From: Gracilinanus agilis
Lineage: Eukaryota
DNA length: 64,000 bases
NCBI RefSeq assembly: GCF_016433145.1
Contig: NC_058132.1
Span: forward strand, 438,041,873 to 438,105,872
Direction of reading: 5' to 3'
Part shown: positions 26,263-39,990 of the stretch, one piece after another
Layout: each line of letters starts with the position of its first letter
How positions within the stretch are numbered: the stretch's first letter is position 1
Program-made: the position numbers and the translations under genes
Notes under the pieces: generated by a model
Databases searched by the model: none
The model's input: the letters and a program-made list of their open reading frames with translations, nothing else
Told to the model about the DNA's origin: nothing

Positions 26263-28150
26263 GATCATGTGGTATAATTAAAAATGTAATGACCTACTGG
26301 CAAGGTACACATGACTTCTGTTCTAGCCTCTGAGAAGTATAAGCTCTGGCAATAGAGAAGCGGGTCAGCTGGGGTAGCACCCAACTCTTTAAAAGGCCTT
26401 ACTCCTTGACTCTTGGAGAGGGGGAGTTTGAGCTTTCTCTCCCATCCCATTACTACCTCCCACTCCTATGGTTATGAAATATTTTGTGGAATTATTTTTC
26501 CAGTGGACTCCACACCCAGCAAGGAGATGGCCCAGTCAGTCAAGGCAAAAAAACAGAGTAACTCTTTGGATTGAGGTTCAGTAGCCTTGGTGAGCAGGAT
26601 TGGAGGGAGCAGCCTGGCAATACCAGGGGGAATTGATCCAGAAGGCACTTATCGATGGATCATCTCTCCCAGCCTAAGTGAGGAAATTTAAAAAGAAAAC
26701 AAAAATCCATTCATCAGGATTTTCCTAATCAATTCCCTCCTCTCCAGAAATCAGTGGGGGGAGAAATCTGAAAAATTATAGACAAAAGGAATATCACAAA
26801 CTGAATTGAAATTACCTTTTCAAATAAGGCTAATATTATTGTAGGCAGATACTCCACATCTGCCATTACTGCATTTGGGCCTGCTTGCTCCTTTCTTGAT
26901 TTTTACACTCATGAAAACAAGCTGAGGCAGCACAATGTAAGCATAGAGATCTTTTTCCAGGCTCCCTTTATCCTCTTTCTCTTGCTTTAGTCTGATCCAT
27001 TTCTAGTCTTCAGGTAAGGAACAAAGATGGCCATTTATTTTTACCCTGTAGCAGACTTTAACCCCATCTGTAATCTGTGGTAAATTTCTTCTTAATCAGA
27101 AAAGGCCAAAATTGGATTTTGTCTCCCACCCTGATTTTAGATGGAATAGCCATATAGATAGCTTTGAAATAAATTACATGGTGGTGTGTTTAGATGAGCA
27201 ACTATTGAAATTCCTGTTTCTAACCTGCCCTCCTAGATGCTAATGTTGTTTTGCTTGTTTTGAATGTGAGGACCCTAGTGACTGTTTATGAACAATCATG
27301 CCTTATTTGGCTGCTTTGGATTGAAGCCTTTTTGCCATTTTCCTGTGGAACAGCTGCATAACTTGGTACAGGACCAAGTTGTTCCACTTGACACTGCTGC
27401 CGAGGCATACTATTCTTCCATTAAAAGAGAGATTACTGTACATGTCTGCCTATTGTTTTAATTTTAATTTAAAGTGAGGATCAGGCTAATGCCAGCCACT
27501 TTTCTTTTAAGTCCACTATATTTCATCTCTCTTTTCTTCCTCTGCTCTTTTTCTCTCCATCTTCCAGGATAGCTTTTAGGTCATTTCATTCATCCATTAA
27601 AAAAATGTACCTATATCATAGGCACATTTAAGAATCATGAACTTCCCTCCCTACAATCTCTTATCTCAGACAAACTTTGACATTCACACAACCAATTATC
27701 CAGAGAATAAATTTTCCACCTATCTTTGTATTGAAGAATTAGCTTAAAGATTTTGTAAAGAGTAAGACTGTGAAGCAGTTTTTCCCAAAGGCCCCAGAGA
27801 ATTCACTGCTAAGTAAATATTTCAGTATTTCAAAATTCTTGGTTTCTTTTGCTGTGGGTGCTCTACTGACTTGGAGCACAAACCCACTGTGATTAAATAG
27901 ATGGCCTTTGAGATTTATTTTCTGTGGCCAAAATGTTCCTCAACCTACAGCCAGCCCTGGGATGAGGCTTCCTGAACTTAACAAGGCTGGCCCTTGGACA
28001 ATGCACATACAGTCTGTCACTGGGCTTCTACCAGAAGCCTGATAGTACCTGGCAGAGCTTGTGATGTGCTTGCATAGCCTTCCGAGAAGATGAGAGTCAC
28101 TACCAATTCCTCATGGAGCATCAGGAAAGGATTTTAATGGAAGTTTGAAT
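26263..28150 (-). mobile_element. Possible degenerate LTR-retroelement block
   Basis: Less AT-rich than flanks; PPT-like AGGAGTGGGAGG on minus near 26455-26470; Cys-rich knuckle-like remnant CLHCAASACFHEC near 26900-26945; no pol recognised. Confidence 0.3.
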
Positions 28151-28351
28151 AAATATTACATCTTAAATCTATTTTTCATCAAAAATAAAATAACAAAGAA
28201 TAAATAATTGCTTACACAAATAAATAATTGCTTACACTAGGATTATTTTCAGCATATGAGTCTAACTATTTTCAGAGACAAACCAATGAACCAAAAGATA
28301 AAAATACATTCTTTTGGGGACTTTTAACTACAATATGGCAAACCTGGTGTT

Positions 28352-28470
28352 TCTCTGTGTGTGTATGTGTGTATACATATATTTATGAACATTTATGTTA
28401 TACACATATATACACATTTATACATTTATACACATATATACACACATATATACATATTCACATATATAAA
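28352..28470. repeat. (TG)/(TA)/(CA)-type low-complexity microsatellite
   Basis: tgtgtgtatgtgtgtatacatat...tacacatatatacacacatatatacat. Confidence 0.85.
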
Positions 28471-29410
28471 ATATTCCTATAAATATTCATATCCTTTAAT
28501 ATATTGAAATAAATTCTCTACTTGCAAGCATAGAGTTTATAACAATATAGAAAGATTTTTATTTTATGAAAGAAGGAAAATAAATACAAATCATGCAGTG
28601 AACAACCATTAGTCCAAAAAATACACATAAATTTCCAGTCACATTACTGAAGACAACGTCCCCTTCTCCACCAATTCTGCCTTGGTTCCTTGCTGTTCAA
28701 AGAAAGCAGACATAATGATAGGGATGACAATTTTTCTGTCTTCCTGACATTCCTTATAATGCTATATAGCACACAGTCCTCCACTTTCTCAGGTCAGGCC
28801 AAGAAGAATCCGAAAAATTTTTCTTCTCCTTCCATGCTCTCTCCCACTAAGAGACATCAACAACCAAACAACAGACAACTGACCATTTTTTTTTCTCTTT
28901 CCCCCTCTTTTCTTATTCTGCCTGTTCTCTCTCTCTCTCAACTTAAAATCTACAAAGAAACTTTATTTTCCTCTTTGCTGAGATGAGAAAGAGAAGGGAG
29001 AAGAGGAAAATGTTCTAGCTTTTGATACATAAAGCATTACATTTAAATATTTTATTCACATTTATTCACATTATTTTAATCTCCCATAATTTTTCTTATT
29101 TAGAATTGTCATAAAACTAACTTGCATGATTGTACAACATATAATATTGCCATTTTGCCCAAGATAGGAAGGTCTTTATTTTTAAGAGAAACTATTACAT
29201 AACCACCAGAAAGTTATTTTAGAAGAATAAGTATGCATCCATTGTGGAAGGTGACCATGAATGAGAAAGATTTTTGATAACATATTTAGCATGATTTTGT
29301 TAGTAAAATATAGATTTCTTAATTACTTTGTTTTTTTAATTGAACATATAATCATAAATTCTTTTAATTTTTAAAACATTTCTTTATCAGTATTTGCCCA
29401 ATTTAGTTCA

Positions 29411-29618
29411 TTTAAAAAAAAAACAAAACCTTACTTTCTGTCTTAGAATCAATACTGTATATTGGTTCCAAGGTAGAAGAGCAGTAAAGGCTAGGCAATG
29501 GAGATTAGGTGACTTGCCCAGGATCACATAGCTAAGAAGTGTCTCAGACCAGATTTGAACCGAGGACCTCTTGTCTCTAGTCTTGATTATCAATCCACTG
29601 AGCCACCTACCTACCCCT
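29411..29618 (-). mobile_element. Older SINE1/MdoRep-like SINE
   Basis: aaccttactttctgtcttagaatcaatactgtatattggttccaagg...ccactgagccacctacctacccc. Confidence 0.85.
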
Positions 29619-29679
29619 CCAATTCAATTTTAAAAACATATTTTAAAAGTTATTTTGTTATTCTGTGATAGCTACTAAA

Positions 29680-29875
29680 GATGAATTAAAGAAAGTAGAT
29701 AGTGGGTTGGGCTTGGAATCAGGAGGACCTATGTTGGAATTCTTTTTTAGATCCTTACTAGCTGTGTGACCCTGGGAAAGTCCATTAACCACTTTAACCT
29801 CAGTTTTCTTATTTGTTAAATGAATATAATAAAAGCTCCTATATCACGTGGCTGTTATGAAGGTTAAATAGATAG
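29680..29875 (+). mobile_element. MIR SINE
   Basis: ggcttggaatcaggaggacc...tagctgtgtgaccctggg...cctcagttttcttatttgttaaatg. Confidence 0.75.
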
Positions 29876-30045
29876 ATAGATAGATACATAGATACATACA
29901 TACATACATATATACATACATACATAGCTACTTAGATAGATATATATATATAAATACAGAGATAGACTCAGATACAAAGACAGAAAGACAAATGTGTGTG
30001 TATGTGTAGGGGGGAAGAGAGAGAGAGAGAGAGAGAGACAGAGAG
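29868..30045. repeat. Compound microsatellite (GATA)n(CATA)n...(GA)n
   Basis: atagatagatagatagatacatagatacatacatac...gagagagagagagag. Confidence 0.9.
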
Positions 30046-31849
30046 TGCTTTGGAAACATTCAAGTGTTATGTAAATATTAGCTACTCTGCTATATTTCAG
30101 AAATATATAAATTATGTGTAATAATAATAGTTAGTATTTATATAGCACTTTAAATTTTACAAACTGTTTTACAGGCATTATCCCATTTGATGAATGCATG
30201 AGAGGTGCAGAGATCCTATGAGAGCACTGAGGGAATTGGACCACTTACATACACAAACACTTATGCTTTGTTGCTGGGTTTGTTCACACTGCCCTTCCTT
30301 TGGAAGCTTTATTGTGCACTGAGAAAATCATTAGGGGTTCAGTTCTGTGCCAGTCAGATACCTAACATCTAGAAGAGTTTATCATCACAGCTCTCAAAAT
30401 ACTTATAATACTCCATGGGGACTGGCACTAGGACTCAGGGTCACACAATCTATTTAGTCAGCAGGTAGTCCTGGTTCTGTATCACCCTAGAAACCACTCT
30501 CTCTATGCAAACAAATCATGATAATCAGTCTGAACAACAGGACCTGCTCCAGGGCTCCACACATAAAATCTGAAAATATACCTTTAAATTGCCCAGGAAC
30601 CCACACATGAACATCCTCTTCTCTCAACAATATACTTACCCTTTATCTCATAAAACTAATGACTTAGTGGAATAATAACCCTCTCTTTTGGCTACCATAT
30701 TGAGAAGCAGCAAGTCTAAGACCTAGGAAGTTCTGAGTTCAAGTCCTGATTGTGGGACATGCTCTGTCTGTCACTGACCAAGTTCTAAGGGTACTAAGCA
30801 AATATCTAAGAAAATAAAAAGAATTCATTCTTTTAGGAGTACATTTTACCAGTAAAAACAGAGACAACTATTTTCTCTCTTGCCAGTGCACAGGCAAGGA
30901 ATTTCACTTCCACACAGATACTAAAACCAAACCCTAATTTATCATTTTCTGCAATTCAAACTCTATTCTGTCATTCATAAATGCACATGGCACAGATTTC
31001 TAACATGCCCAGTTCACAGATTACAAATAACAGGAGAATATCCTGAAGTTCTCTTTCAACCTAGTGGGTAATTTACAACTGTGGACAGCCATGAACCTTT
31101 TGCAGAGCTCACAGCTGTGGTCTCATCAAATTCTCATTCAACAGGAAAAGATCATTGAGTGAATCAGCAAAGGTTTCACAGAGAGAATGCCATTTCTGCT
31201 CTCCTTTGAAAGACAGAGAGGATTTTAGAATGTAAAGATGAAGAGGGAGGGTTTTACAAATGTTAGGGACAGAGGGACAAAAGGGAAAAGAATATGGAAA
31301 TGTTTCATAGAGTCAAGGAATTGCTTCTAGACCTATGATTACATTGGTGGAAGGAAAAAGCAGGTAAGGGGACTTTCTTTGTCAGTGGAAATTGGAATCT
31401 TCTCTCCAACTTATATTCTTATGGAGTTTCATAGAATGCAGAGATTGCGATTTTTTCCCAATATCATATAGTATATATCAAAGGTGGGGCTCAAAAGCAA
31501 ATCTCTTTGGCTTTGAGGCCAGCTTTTAGTCCACTAGAGTTTTTTTACTCTCTATCTTGGAGTCAAAATAAATCTAAATAAAATGGCAAGATATACATTT
31601 AGTCAGGTCAGGCTATCTTTATGAAAACAAAGGAGTGAACTAATTAGTATGCAATTTTGATTTTGAAATTAGGCTTCAAAAATAATAAACTTTATAATAA
31701 CAATTCTCTATTTAGCAAATAAATAAATGAAAAGCTCCATATTGGCTAGAGGGGACTGGAATTGTGTGATACTATCATTCTACAACTACAACTACAACTA
31801 CAACTACAAAACTACAAAAATTTAAAATAGTACTACATAAAACTACATA

Positions 31850-32340
31850 AATCTAAATTTGGTAGAAGCATGAGTAGATGATAATTAATATGGAAAAGAT
31901 GTAGTTAGCGAAACTAAAGCTGCATATGAATCAACAGTGTGACGTGGCAGATGAAACAGTTAACACAATTCTAGACTACATTGAGAGGTACAGTGTCTTG
32001 GACAAATGATCAGATTGAATTTGGAAAACTGTTTAATGCAACATTTTAGGAAGGAACTGACAAGCCAGAGTTTGCCCAGAAAAGGTTATACAAGGAACGG
32101 TAAACTAGGAACCCTCTGACATGAGAATTTACTGAGGAAAATAAAGATTTAGGTTGGAATTGAACTACAAGCAATGAGTAAAAGTTGCCTAGAGACAAAT
32201 TAAGGTTGATTTAAGGAAAGGCTTTCTAACAGTTAGACCTTTTCAGAAATGAAATGGACTGCTACTATAGGTCTTGAAATAGATGTTACTTGATCAATTG
32301 TTGGGGATAACGTGGAGTGAATTCTTTTTCATATGTTAGT
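31850..32340 (+). mobile_element. CR1/L3 3' fragment
   Basis: atgaatcaacagtgtgacgtggcag...attctagactacatt; cattttaggaagga; ttgatttaaggaaaggctttctaacagttagac. Confidence 0.65.
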
Positions 32341-33559
32341 TAGACTATATGTTCTTTGAGCTGTCACTCAATTCTGTGAGCCTATAATCTGTCGTGTTCA
32401 TTATTACTTTGCTAGTTCCTTCTTGCTCTGAAGGAGCAATTTAGAATTGGTGGAAGAAGGAAAAGAAGACATGACATGTGTGTAATATAAGGGGGAAAGT
32501 GATAAAGGAAAAGAGAGGGTCTAACCTAAAAGATTACTTTGAACTGGGTCGTTTAGAGAAGCCTTCATGAAGGAGTTATTACTTGAGCTAGAACTTAAAG
32601 GAAGGGAGAGATTTAAACAGGCCGGTTCTGGAGGTACTGCATTATAGATGGGAGAGTATAAGATAGATGAAGAGCCAGATGTTTAGTCTGTCTGGAATAT
32701 AGAGTGCTAGAAGGAGAACATTGTGAAAGAAGTCTAGATGGGTAGGTTAAAGCCAAATTCTATGGGCTTTATATCAGTCACTTAAGTAAGCAAGAAAACT
32801 TAAATTTTTTTTTTAATTTTTCACTTCCAAATCTTTTCCTCTCTCTATCCAAGAATCAAAATTTGCATTGTGCATATGAAGTCATGCAAAACATATCAAT
32901 GAAGCATTTTAAAACACCTAATACGTACTACAATACTTATCTGGTGCTATAAATAGAAGAGAAAAAATGTGAAATAGGCTCTGGACTAAAGATGCTTACA
33001 TTCCATCAGAATAGACAAATACATATTTAAATGACAAGCAAGAAATCTGTATATTGTCCAAAATATAAGAGAAATACACTAAAGTTTTTTTATTCATAAC
33101 TGTTCATTAGAAAGAATAATTTAATTGCTTTGGGACGGATAGTTTGGAAAAGGCAGAGATTAGAAGCAGGTAGTCTAATTAGGAGGCTATTATAGCAGTT
33201 TGGTTGAGAAATAATCATAACAGTTAACATGTCTGCAAATTTTTAAAAATATCTTAACTCATTTGCTCCTCAGGACAACCCTTTGCAATAGATAAATTTC
33301 ATAGCTTATATTGTTGTATTTGTTGATTGAAGGTAGAGAATATGCCATCAGACTTTGATCTTAAACTATTGTTAGAGAATTGGAGAGAATAATTACAGTA
33401 ACATTTTAGAGGCAGAGGTCAGATCACAAAGCTGAGAGGAGCGAATGAGTATTATGGAAATAGACAAAAATATAGAGTAGGCTACTCATTTTAGAAGTTC
33501 CTCCAAAAGAGTGAGCTTGAATTTTTATTGCATTGTACCTACTGGCATAGGAGAATTGG

Positions 33560-33836
33560 GTCTCTTCATGTCCCAGTAAAAATCTAATCTTTTACAAAAT
33601 CACATTTCCAATCCCTCTTAGTTCTAGCACTTTCTCTCTGTTGATTATTTCTTATATATTTTGTATATATCTTCTTTGTACATAGTTACTTATATGTTGT
33701 TTCCCCTATTAAATTGTGAGCTTTTAGAGAGAAGCTATTGCCTTTTATATATATATTTTTTTATACCTCCAAGGCTTAGCACAGGGCCTAGCACATGGTA
33801 GGAAAATTAATGTTTATTGACTGACTGACTGACTCA
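33560..33836 (+). mobile_element. L2 3' end
   Basis: ttgtgagcttttagag...ggcttagcacagggcctagcacatggtagg...aatgtttattgactgactgact. Confidence 0.75.
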
Positions 33837-35828
33837 GAAAAAGAAAACCCCACCACCAAGTGGTGAAAACTTTAAACAATAGAAATTATTGACCTAAGAG
33901 TATAAAAGCAGAATACAAATTTAGTCATCTGGAAACATTTAAACCTATACTTAGGTTTCCAAATATATGTCATGACCTGGCTTGCAAAAATATATTTGCT
34001 ACTAAAACCAAAACTGTGAATAGGGAACGTCAAAATGAATCTACATTTGTTAGTTACCTTTTGTTCTTTATGTGAATATGCTTAGTAAATTGCAATTCAT
34101 GGCATTGTGCCACATATATTCTTTATTTTTCTTTATTTGCTCATGAAGATATACTACTTGGTTATGTGTGTGTATTAAATTGGTTCTGAGTTATCTCATT
34201 CATTTTTCTTTTAATTACCCATATGTTGAGGTACCCATGTGAATTTCCTTTCGAGGTTAGACCATATGGCCTTTTTCTTCCACCTCATGGATTCACAATT
34301 CAATCACACGTTTACTCCCTGGAACCACATAAGTGGTTATCTTGGAAATGGGACAGGATATATTTGGTTTTGTTTTTGAAACAAGAAGTTGAATCTCAGT
34401 AATCTCCACTGCTGTTATTTATGCTGGGCATCTGTGGTATGCTGGGCACTCAATCATTTTCAATTAAATGTTCAAATGTCTTGTGAAAGTCCCACAAGAG
34501 CATGCAGAACCAAGATTATAGACCCATAGAGGAAATGTACTTTCTCAACATTTCCAGGTAAGCAGTTTTCTTGCAACAAAAAGCCAATTATTTTGAAGGA
34601 TTATGTAAATGCTCAATGAGTAACCTTACACAAAAATGTCTCAATATGTTTAAGACTCCATTGTGGAAGTATTTCATTGCACACACTGAATAGAATTCAA
34701 GGGGAAAATGTATTTTTCTGCTTATGCTTTAAAATGGTAGAACTTATTGATATATTAAGGGTCAAATTATAGTAGCTCTGTTCTTTGTATGTCTAAATAT
34801 CCATGTCATCATTGTTTGTCTTTATTTAAAGAGAAACAAAAAGAGAATCATAGGATGTAGAGCTTGAAGGGTCCCTAGAAATCATCTTGGTCAAGTCCCC
34901 CAGACCATTATTAGCAGATAAATAAACTGAGGCTCAAAGAAAGTGACTTGCCCAAGTTTATATATTTCAATAATCAGTATCCATGTTCTGTGCTCTTTTC
35001 TTACATAACAGGCTGTATATACACACAGTTTTCTGAATATGGAATGTGTTTACATGTAAACATATCATCAAAGATGACTACTCCATCTAATAATGCAGAT
35101 TATACACATATCCTGTGTGACTTGTCAATAACATCCCATAAATTCACTGTAGTGACTTCTTCTATCATGCTAGAGGGCTTCCTTGCTTTTCTTGTTATTG
35201 TGAGTATATTAGTAGAACCCACAGGCTGTCCATTTAATGACAGGTGGTAGAATACTGGGTAGAGCTTTAGGTTTAGAGTTAGAAAAACCTGTGGTCAAAT
35301 CTAGCCATGAACTCTATCTGTGTGAACTTGGGAAAGTCAATTGACCTCTATCTGAATTGTCCCAGTTGCAAAATGGAGATAATAATAGCACCTACCACAC
35401 AATATCTGCAATATAATAGGTGCTATTAGGTTTCTTATTCCTCCCTCTTTCTTTCCCCCCTCACCACTATTTGACCATCCTCATGCCATCATATATTTAT
35501 ACATATGTATGTGTATGTGTGTTTATTTTATGTGTATATATAATATGTGCATGCATATTTACTTCAAGAATCTCCAATTTTATTAATATGGATTCTGTTC
35601 TACTATAATTCATAGCAACTTTTTCTTATTTTAGTAGAAATTTTTTCTAGGCTGAGGAAATTGAAAAAATTCAATACATTGTAGTCAACTTTTTTGACAG
35701 ACTTCTCTAAATATAGTTAAGGTAGTCCTTGAATAATAGAAACAGTTTGTTTCTTGGCTCACTCTCTAATTTCTTTATCTCCTTGGGTTTGGTTTCTACT
35801 TACACAGCTAAGGCAGTAGATTTATTGA

Positions 35829-36066
35829 TGGTAGCTAGATGATGAAATGAATAGAGCACCTAGAACAGAATCATGAAGATTCATCTTCCTGAGTTCAAAT
35901 TTGGCCTCAGACACCTACTATCTGTGTGACCCTGGGCAAGTCACTTAGTCTTTTTTGCCTATAAAATGATCTGGAGAGGAAAATGGCATACTACTCTAGT
36001 GTCTATGCCAAGAAAACCCCAGATGAGTTCATGAAGAGTTAAACACAACTGAAAATCACTGAACAA
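35829..36066 (+). mobile_element. MAR1-like SINE
   Basis: gagttcaaatttggcctcagacacctactatctgtgtgaccctgggcaagtcac...gccaagaaaacccca...cacaactgaaaatcactgaacaa. Confidence 0.8.
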
Positions 36067-36160
36067 TATAGGCTTTGGGAACATAAAGTAACATCTACAG
36101 TACCAAAAGGCATTAAAGTAATAATTCGTTTATTATGAGTGTGTGTGTATGAATAACATA

Positions 36161-36340
36161 GCTGTTATTCAGTCATTTTTTAGTCATTTCCAATTCATTG
36201 TAACCTCATTTTATTTTATCGGGATTTCCTTGGCAAAGACATAAAGTGGTTTGCTATTTCCTTCTCGAGTTTATTTCATAGATGAAGAAACTGAGGCAAA
36301 CAGGGTTAAGTGACTTGTGCAGTGTCACATAGCTAGCAGG
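36161..36340 (-). mobile_element. MAR1-like SINE (partial), inverted relative to 35829-36066
   Basis: ttccttggcaaagac...agtggtttgctatttccttctc...gaaactgaggcaaacagggttaagtgacttg. Confidence 0.75.
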
Positions 36341-37151
36341 ACAGATTAGGACTCTATGTGTTCTAGTATGTATATGTATATATTCATCCACATATGTGTG
36401 TACACATATGCATACATGCATGTACACAGGCTTTTGTATTATTTATATGCATATGTAATTAATATATTATTCGTAGTGAAATGACAGAATAAATGTATCC
36501 TTAGCATTAAAATACATTTGTGCAAGGAATTCTCCGCTTAATTTCATTCATGTGAACATGTTGCTCAATGAATACAATTGAGTGAGATTTTTCTATTTAA
36601 TTTGTTTTCTCTTGTGTTTTTATCATGAACAGATGCAGGAAATAAAATGTAAAGAACAAGTATAATCAGCATCTTCACGGTTTATTAGAACCATTTCTAA
36701 AATATGTAAAATGTAATGTAGTTTCCCTGTTTCTGGGAGCATTTTCCATAAAAGATTAAACTAAAATGGAAATATGTTCTTATGTTCTTTATTTAATTTC
36801 TCAATTCTTTTTTGGGGTGCTTATCCAAAAGGCTGGCTTTTGATAACCTTCTTAAGCCTCAGTTTCTTTATCTGTAAAATGGTGATAATAGTACTTTACA
36901 TTGCCTGCCTCACAGGGTTGTTATGAGGAAAGTGCTCTATAAGCCCTGAAATATTATATAAATATGAGATTATTTGAGCAGGATTCCAGGAAGGAAGGAG
37001 CTTGAGGAGAAAGCAACATTAAAATTGGCTAAATATGTAAAGATCACCAAAGATACCATTTGGAAGAAATAGCTGATAATGATATTCAATAAAATCTGCA
37101 TCTTGCTAATGGGGAAAGTCTAGGATTATGGGGAAGTGTCTGAAAAAAGTT

Positions 37152-37353
37152 ACTAGTTGGCACAGTATATAGATAACTGATCCTGTAGTCAAGAAGACTA
37201 ATCTTCCAGAGGTTCAAATGTGACCTCAGACGTTTACTAGCTGTGTGACTCTAGAGAAGGAAAAATGGCAAACCATTCTAGTATTGTTGCAAGAAAACTC
37301 CAAATGGTGTCAATGAAGAATCTGATAGACAGAAACAACTGAACAACAGCAAC
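37152..37353 (+). mobile_element. MAR1-like SINE with internal deletion
   Basis: ggttcaaatgtgacctcagacgtttactagctgtgtgac...aaaatggcaaaccattctagtattgttgcaagaaaactcc. Confidence 0.7.
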
Positions 37354-37521
37354 ACCTGAAAAAGGAAATAGAAGAAAAGGTGTTCTTGCTTAAAGAACAG
37401 AGATCTGGGTGTCACAGGATGTAATTCTACTGAAGCTGAATGATATTTGGTAATTACTTAAATTTCTGGGTTTTAGTTTACTCATCTCTTAAATAGAGCT
37501 AGTCTATAGTATCCCTCCAAC

Positions 37522-37717
37522 TTTTTTTTACCACTTATCTTCTCTCTTAAAATGGATACTATTGTTTCCAAGGCAAACGAGCTGTAAAGGATGGGCTATT
37601 AACGTAAAGAGACTTGTCCAGAATCACCCAGCTAGGAAGGGTTTGAGGTCACATTTGAACCCAAGATCTTCCATCTCCAGGGCTGGCTCTCTATCCACTG
37701 AACCACCTAGCTATCCC
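37522..37717 (-). mobile_element. Older SINE1/MdoRep-like SINE
   Basis: ccaaggca...cacccagctaggaag...atttgaacccaagatcttccatctccagggctggctctctatccactgaaccacctagc. Confidence 0.7.
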
Positions 37718-38237
37718 ATCACTTCCTCTTCTTAAAGCAAATCAATGATATGTATTAATCACTTTCATCATGCAAACATTGTTCTAGAGATGTAGAAGAT
37801 ACAAACTGAAAAGTAAGGTAGTTCCTCCTATCAAGGAACTTACATTCTAAAAGAAGAGAACACAGTTGCAAATCTAAAAAAAAAAGTCTCCTTAAGGTAC
37901 AGCTGCAAAGAGGATGTAATTGCATTTTCTTTCATTTAATTTGCAATAATGAAATCATTTTAGTTTATGATCTGAACCATCTGACAGTGTCAAGGATGTT
38001 GTAGCTGTAGTACTGGCAGGATCAGTTTTCAAAGAGGTTGCTTTCTAGGATGATGGTTACAGGTAGTGGGCTACAAATATCACTATTACCATGTCCCTTG
38101 GGCTCATCATTCTGAGCTGTCTCAGGATCTGATGGTTGATAGCTTAAGGTCATAGTGGTTTTTTTATTTGCCTGGCACATTCTGCTTCCTATTTCTTCCA
38201 CAGTGTATCTTGTTACTTCAGCTAGACAGACTTGCCA

Positions 38238-38745
38238 TGATGTCATGATATATGTGGTTTACAGGAAGAACTAGCACTTCTAGTGTGTGGGATTGCTAAA
38301 TCCTTTTCAAGGCTGCTTATTCACCTTACTTGTGGTTCCAAGATGTTATAGCATGTGTGGCAGCTATACCCAGGTAAAACAATCTCCTCAGACTGACTAA
38401 ACTAGGTTTAGGAAATTAACAGGTCTCAAATCCATCTTAAGGGGATGACTTTTCCAAGCATGTGAATACTTCCTCCAGTGAATGGGTAGATAAGAACAAT
38501 ATGTTTCAAAAGCCATGAAGATGACTGAAGCAAGTACTGTGAATTGCCTAGAGCTTTGTCAAGACATAGAAGATGCCAATGTCATCTACAGCTCTCCAGA
38601 TGTCACCAGTCATCCTAAGTTTTGTTTTACCTTTGAATTATAGTGACTAGAAGAGAGGATGAGGTTGATAACTTTGTGCTGTTCTGCCTCACTTAAATCC
38701 AATGCATGTGCAAGTCAACATATGAAGGGCAAACAACAGCAAGAT
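38238..38745. mobile_element. RTE-related marsupial repeat (WALLSI4-like)
   Basis: ccaggtaaaacaatctcctcagactgactaaactagg...ccaagcatgtgaatactt...gccatgaagatgactgaagcaag...gttctgcctcacttaaatccaat. Confidence 0.6.
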
Positions 38746-39920
38746 TGGCTTGCCTGCCCTATGTATGACATTTGGTGTGAGAAGCTAGTCACTTCTCCAC
38801 AGGAGTTGGTTCTCTGGATGGTGACTGTGAGGATTGAACAAGAAGCAAGACTAGTGAGCTGGAGGTTAGAGATAGAATTGGTGCTGTCCCTCCCAGGATT
38901 CCTATATATCTGCTTGTTGGTGACAATTAGCAGCAGTTGTTGCTGGAGGTGATGAAAAAAGTGCATACCTCTCTAGAAATAATTTCTCCCTCAGTGATGG
39001 AAATAAGGGATATGCTGCAAGTTGCTCTGAAGGTTTGCTTTATTCAGGGCTCTTTGTCTCAGAGTCCTATGCTGTCTTCAATAGGATCCCAGAAAGAATC
39101 ATTAATTTGGCTAAAATAAAGTTTCATTATTAATTTTTGGTTGTCTGAAAATTTCATTTTAACCATTTCATTCTGGATGATAGTAGGTAAATGAGGTGTT
39201 ACTTATCAAATAATTTTGGATTGTATTTTATAGGTGAAACATGACAGACAAAAGTACTCTGATAATTGTCAAATTATATTTGATGTAAATTATAATATTC
39301 TCATTGCTTTGTTTTATAATAAGGTGAGTTAATCCTTTCAAAGAGCAATTGAAGTGACTTGGCAAAGCTGATATGAAATTAAACTAAGACTTTTTCTCCC
39401 TAAGTTTGAGATTCTTTATCTTTATTATATAAGATTGACAGTTGTCTAAAGTAGAAATTGAGTAAAATAACTTAAGACCATATTGCTACCTGTGACATTC
39501 TCAAAAAGCATCCCAGAAGCTCGGTTTGTTCATGTTATTAATAGCTGAGACTCACATTACTGGAAATAAGGAATTTTAGAAAGAGAAATAAGAAGTGAAT
39601 TATAGCTTATAGAATTTTTGTAAATGTGGATCTACACATGAACTAATGACTACATGTGAGATTTTTATGTTTACTAAAGGTGTTTTGATCTCTCAAGTAA
39701 AAATTTAATAATAAATCTTTTATAGTCACCATAGAAATGCTAATTATAGATAAGGCAAAGGTAATTGTTTCTGCTTTTAACACAGAGTCCTTGAGCTTGA
39801 AAGTAAACATTTTTATCAGACTTGCATGTTTTTCCCTTAGTACTAAGATCTGCCAGTGTTTCTGGATTGCTGCAATCTGATCTTTTCTTAGAATAATCTT
39901 TTATTTGTTGTGAGGCAGAG

Positions 39921-39990
39921 TGGTGTGTATGTGTGTGTGTGTGTCTGTGTGTGTGTCTGTGTGTGTGTCTGTGTGTGTGTCTGTGTGTTC
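39921..39990. repeat. (TG)n microsatellite with periodic GTCT interruptions
   Basis: gtgtgtgtgtct unit repeated. Confidence 0.9.

Noticed and set aside
28200-28237. 20-bp direct duplication taaataattgcttacac
   Set aside because: Simple local slippage with no insertion between the copies
30180-31250. GC-richer block with minus-strand AATAAA and an FRIFS peptide reminiscent of PNMA/Gypsy Gag
   Set aside because: Similarity does not extend beyond five residues; left unassigned
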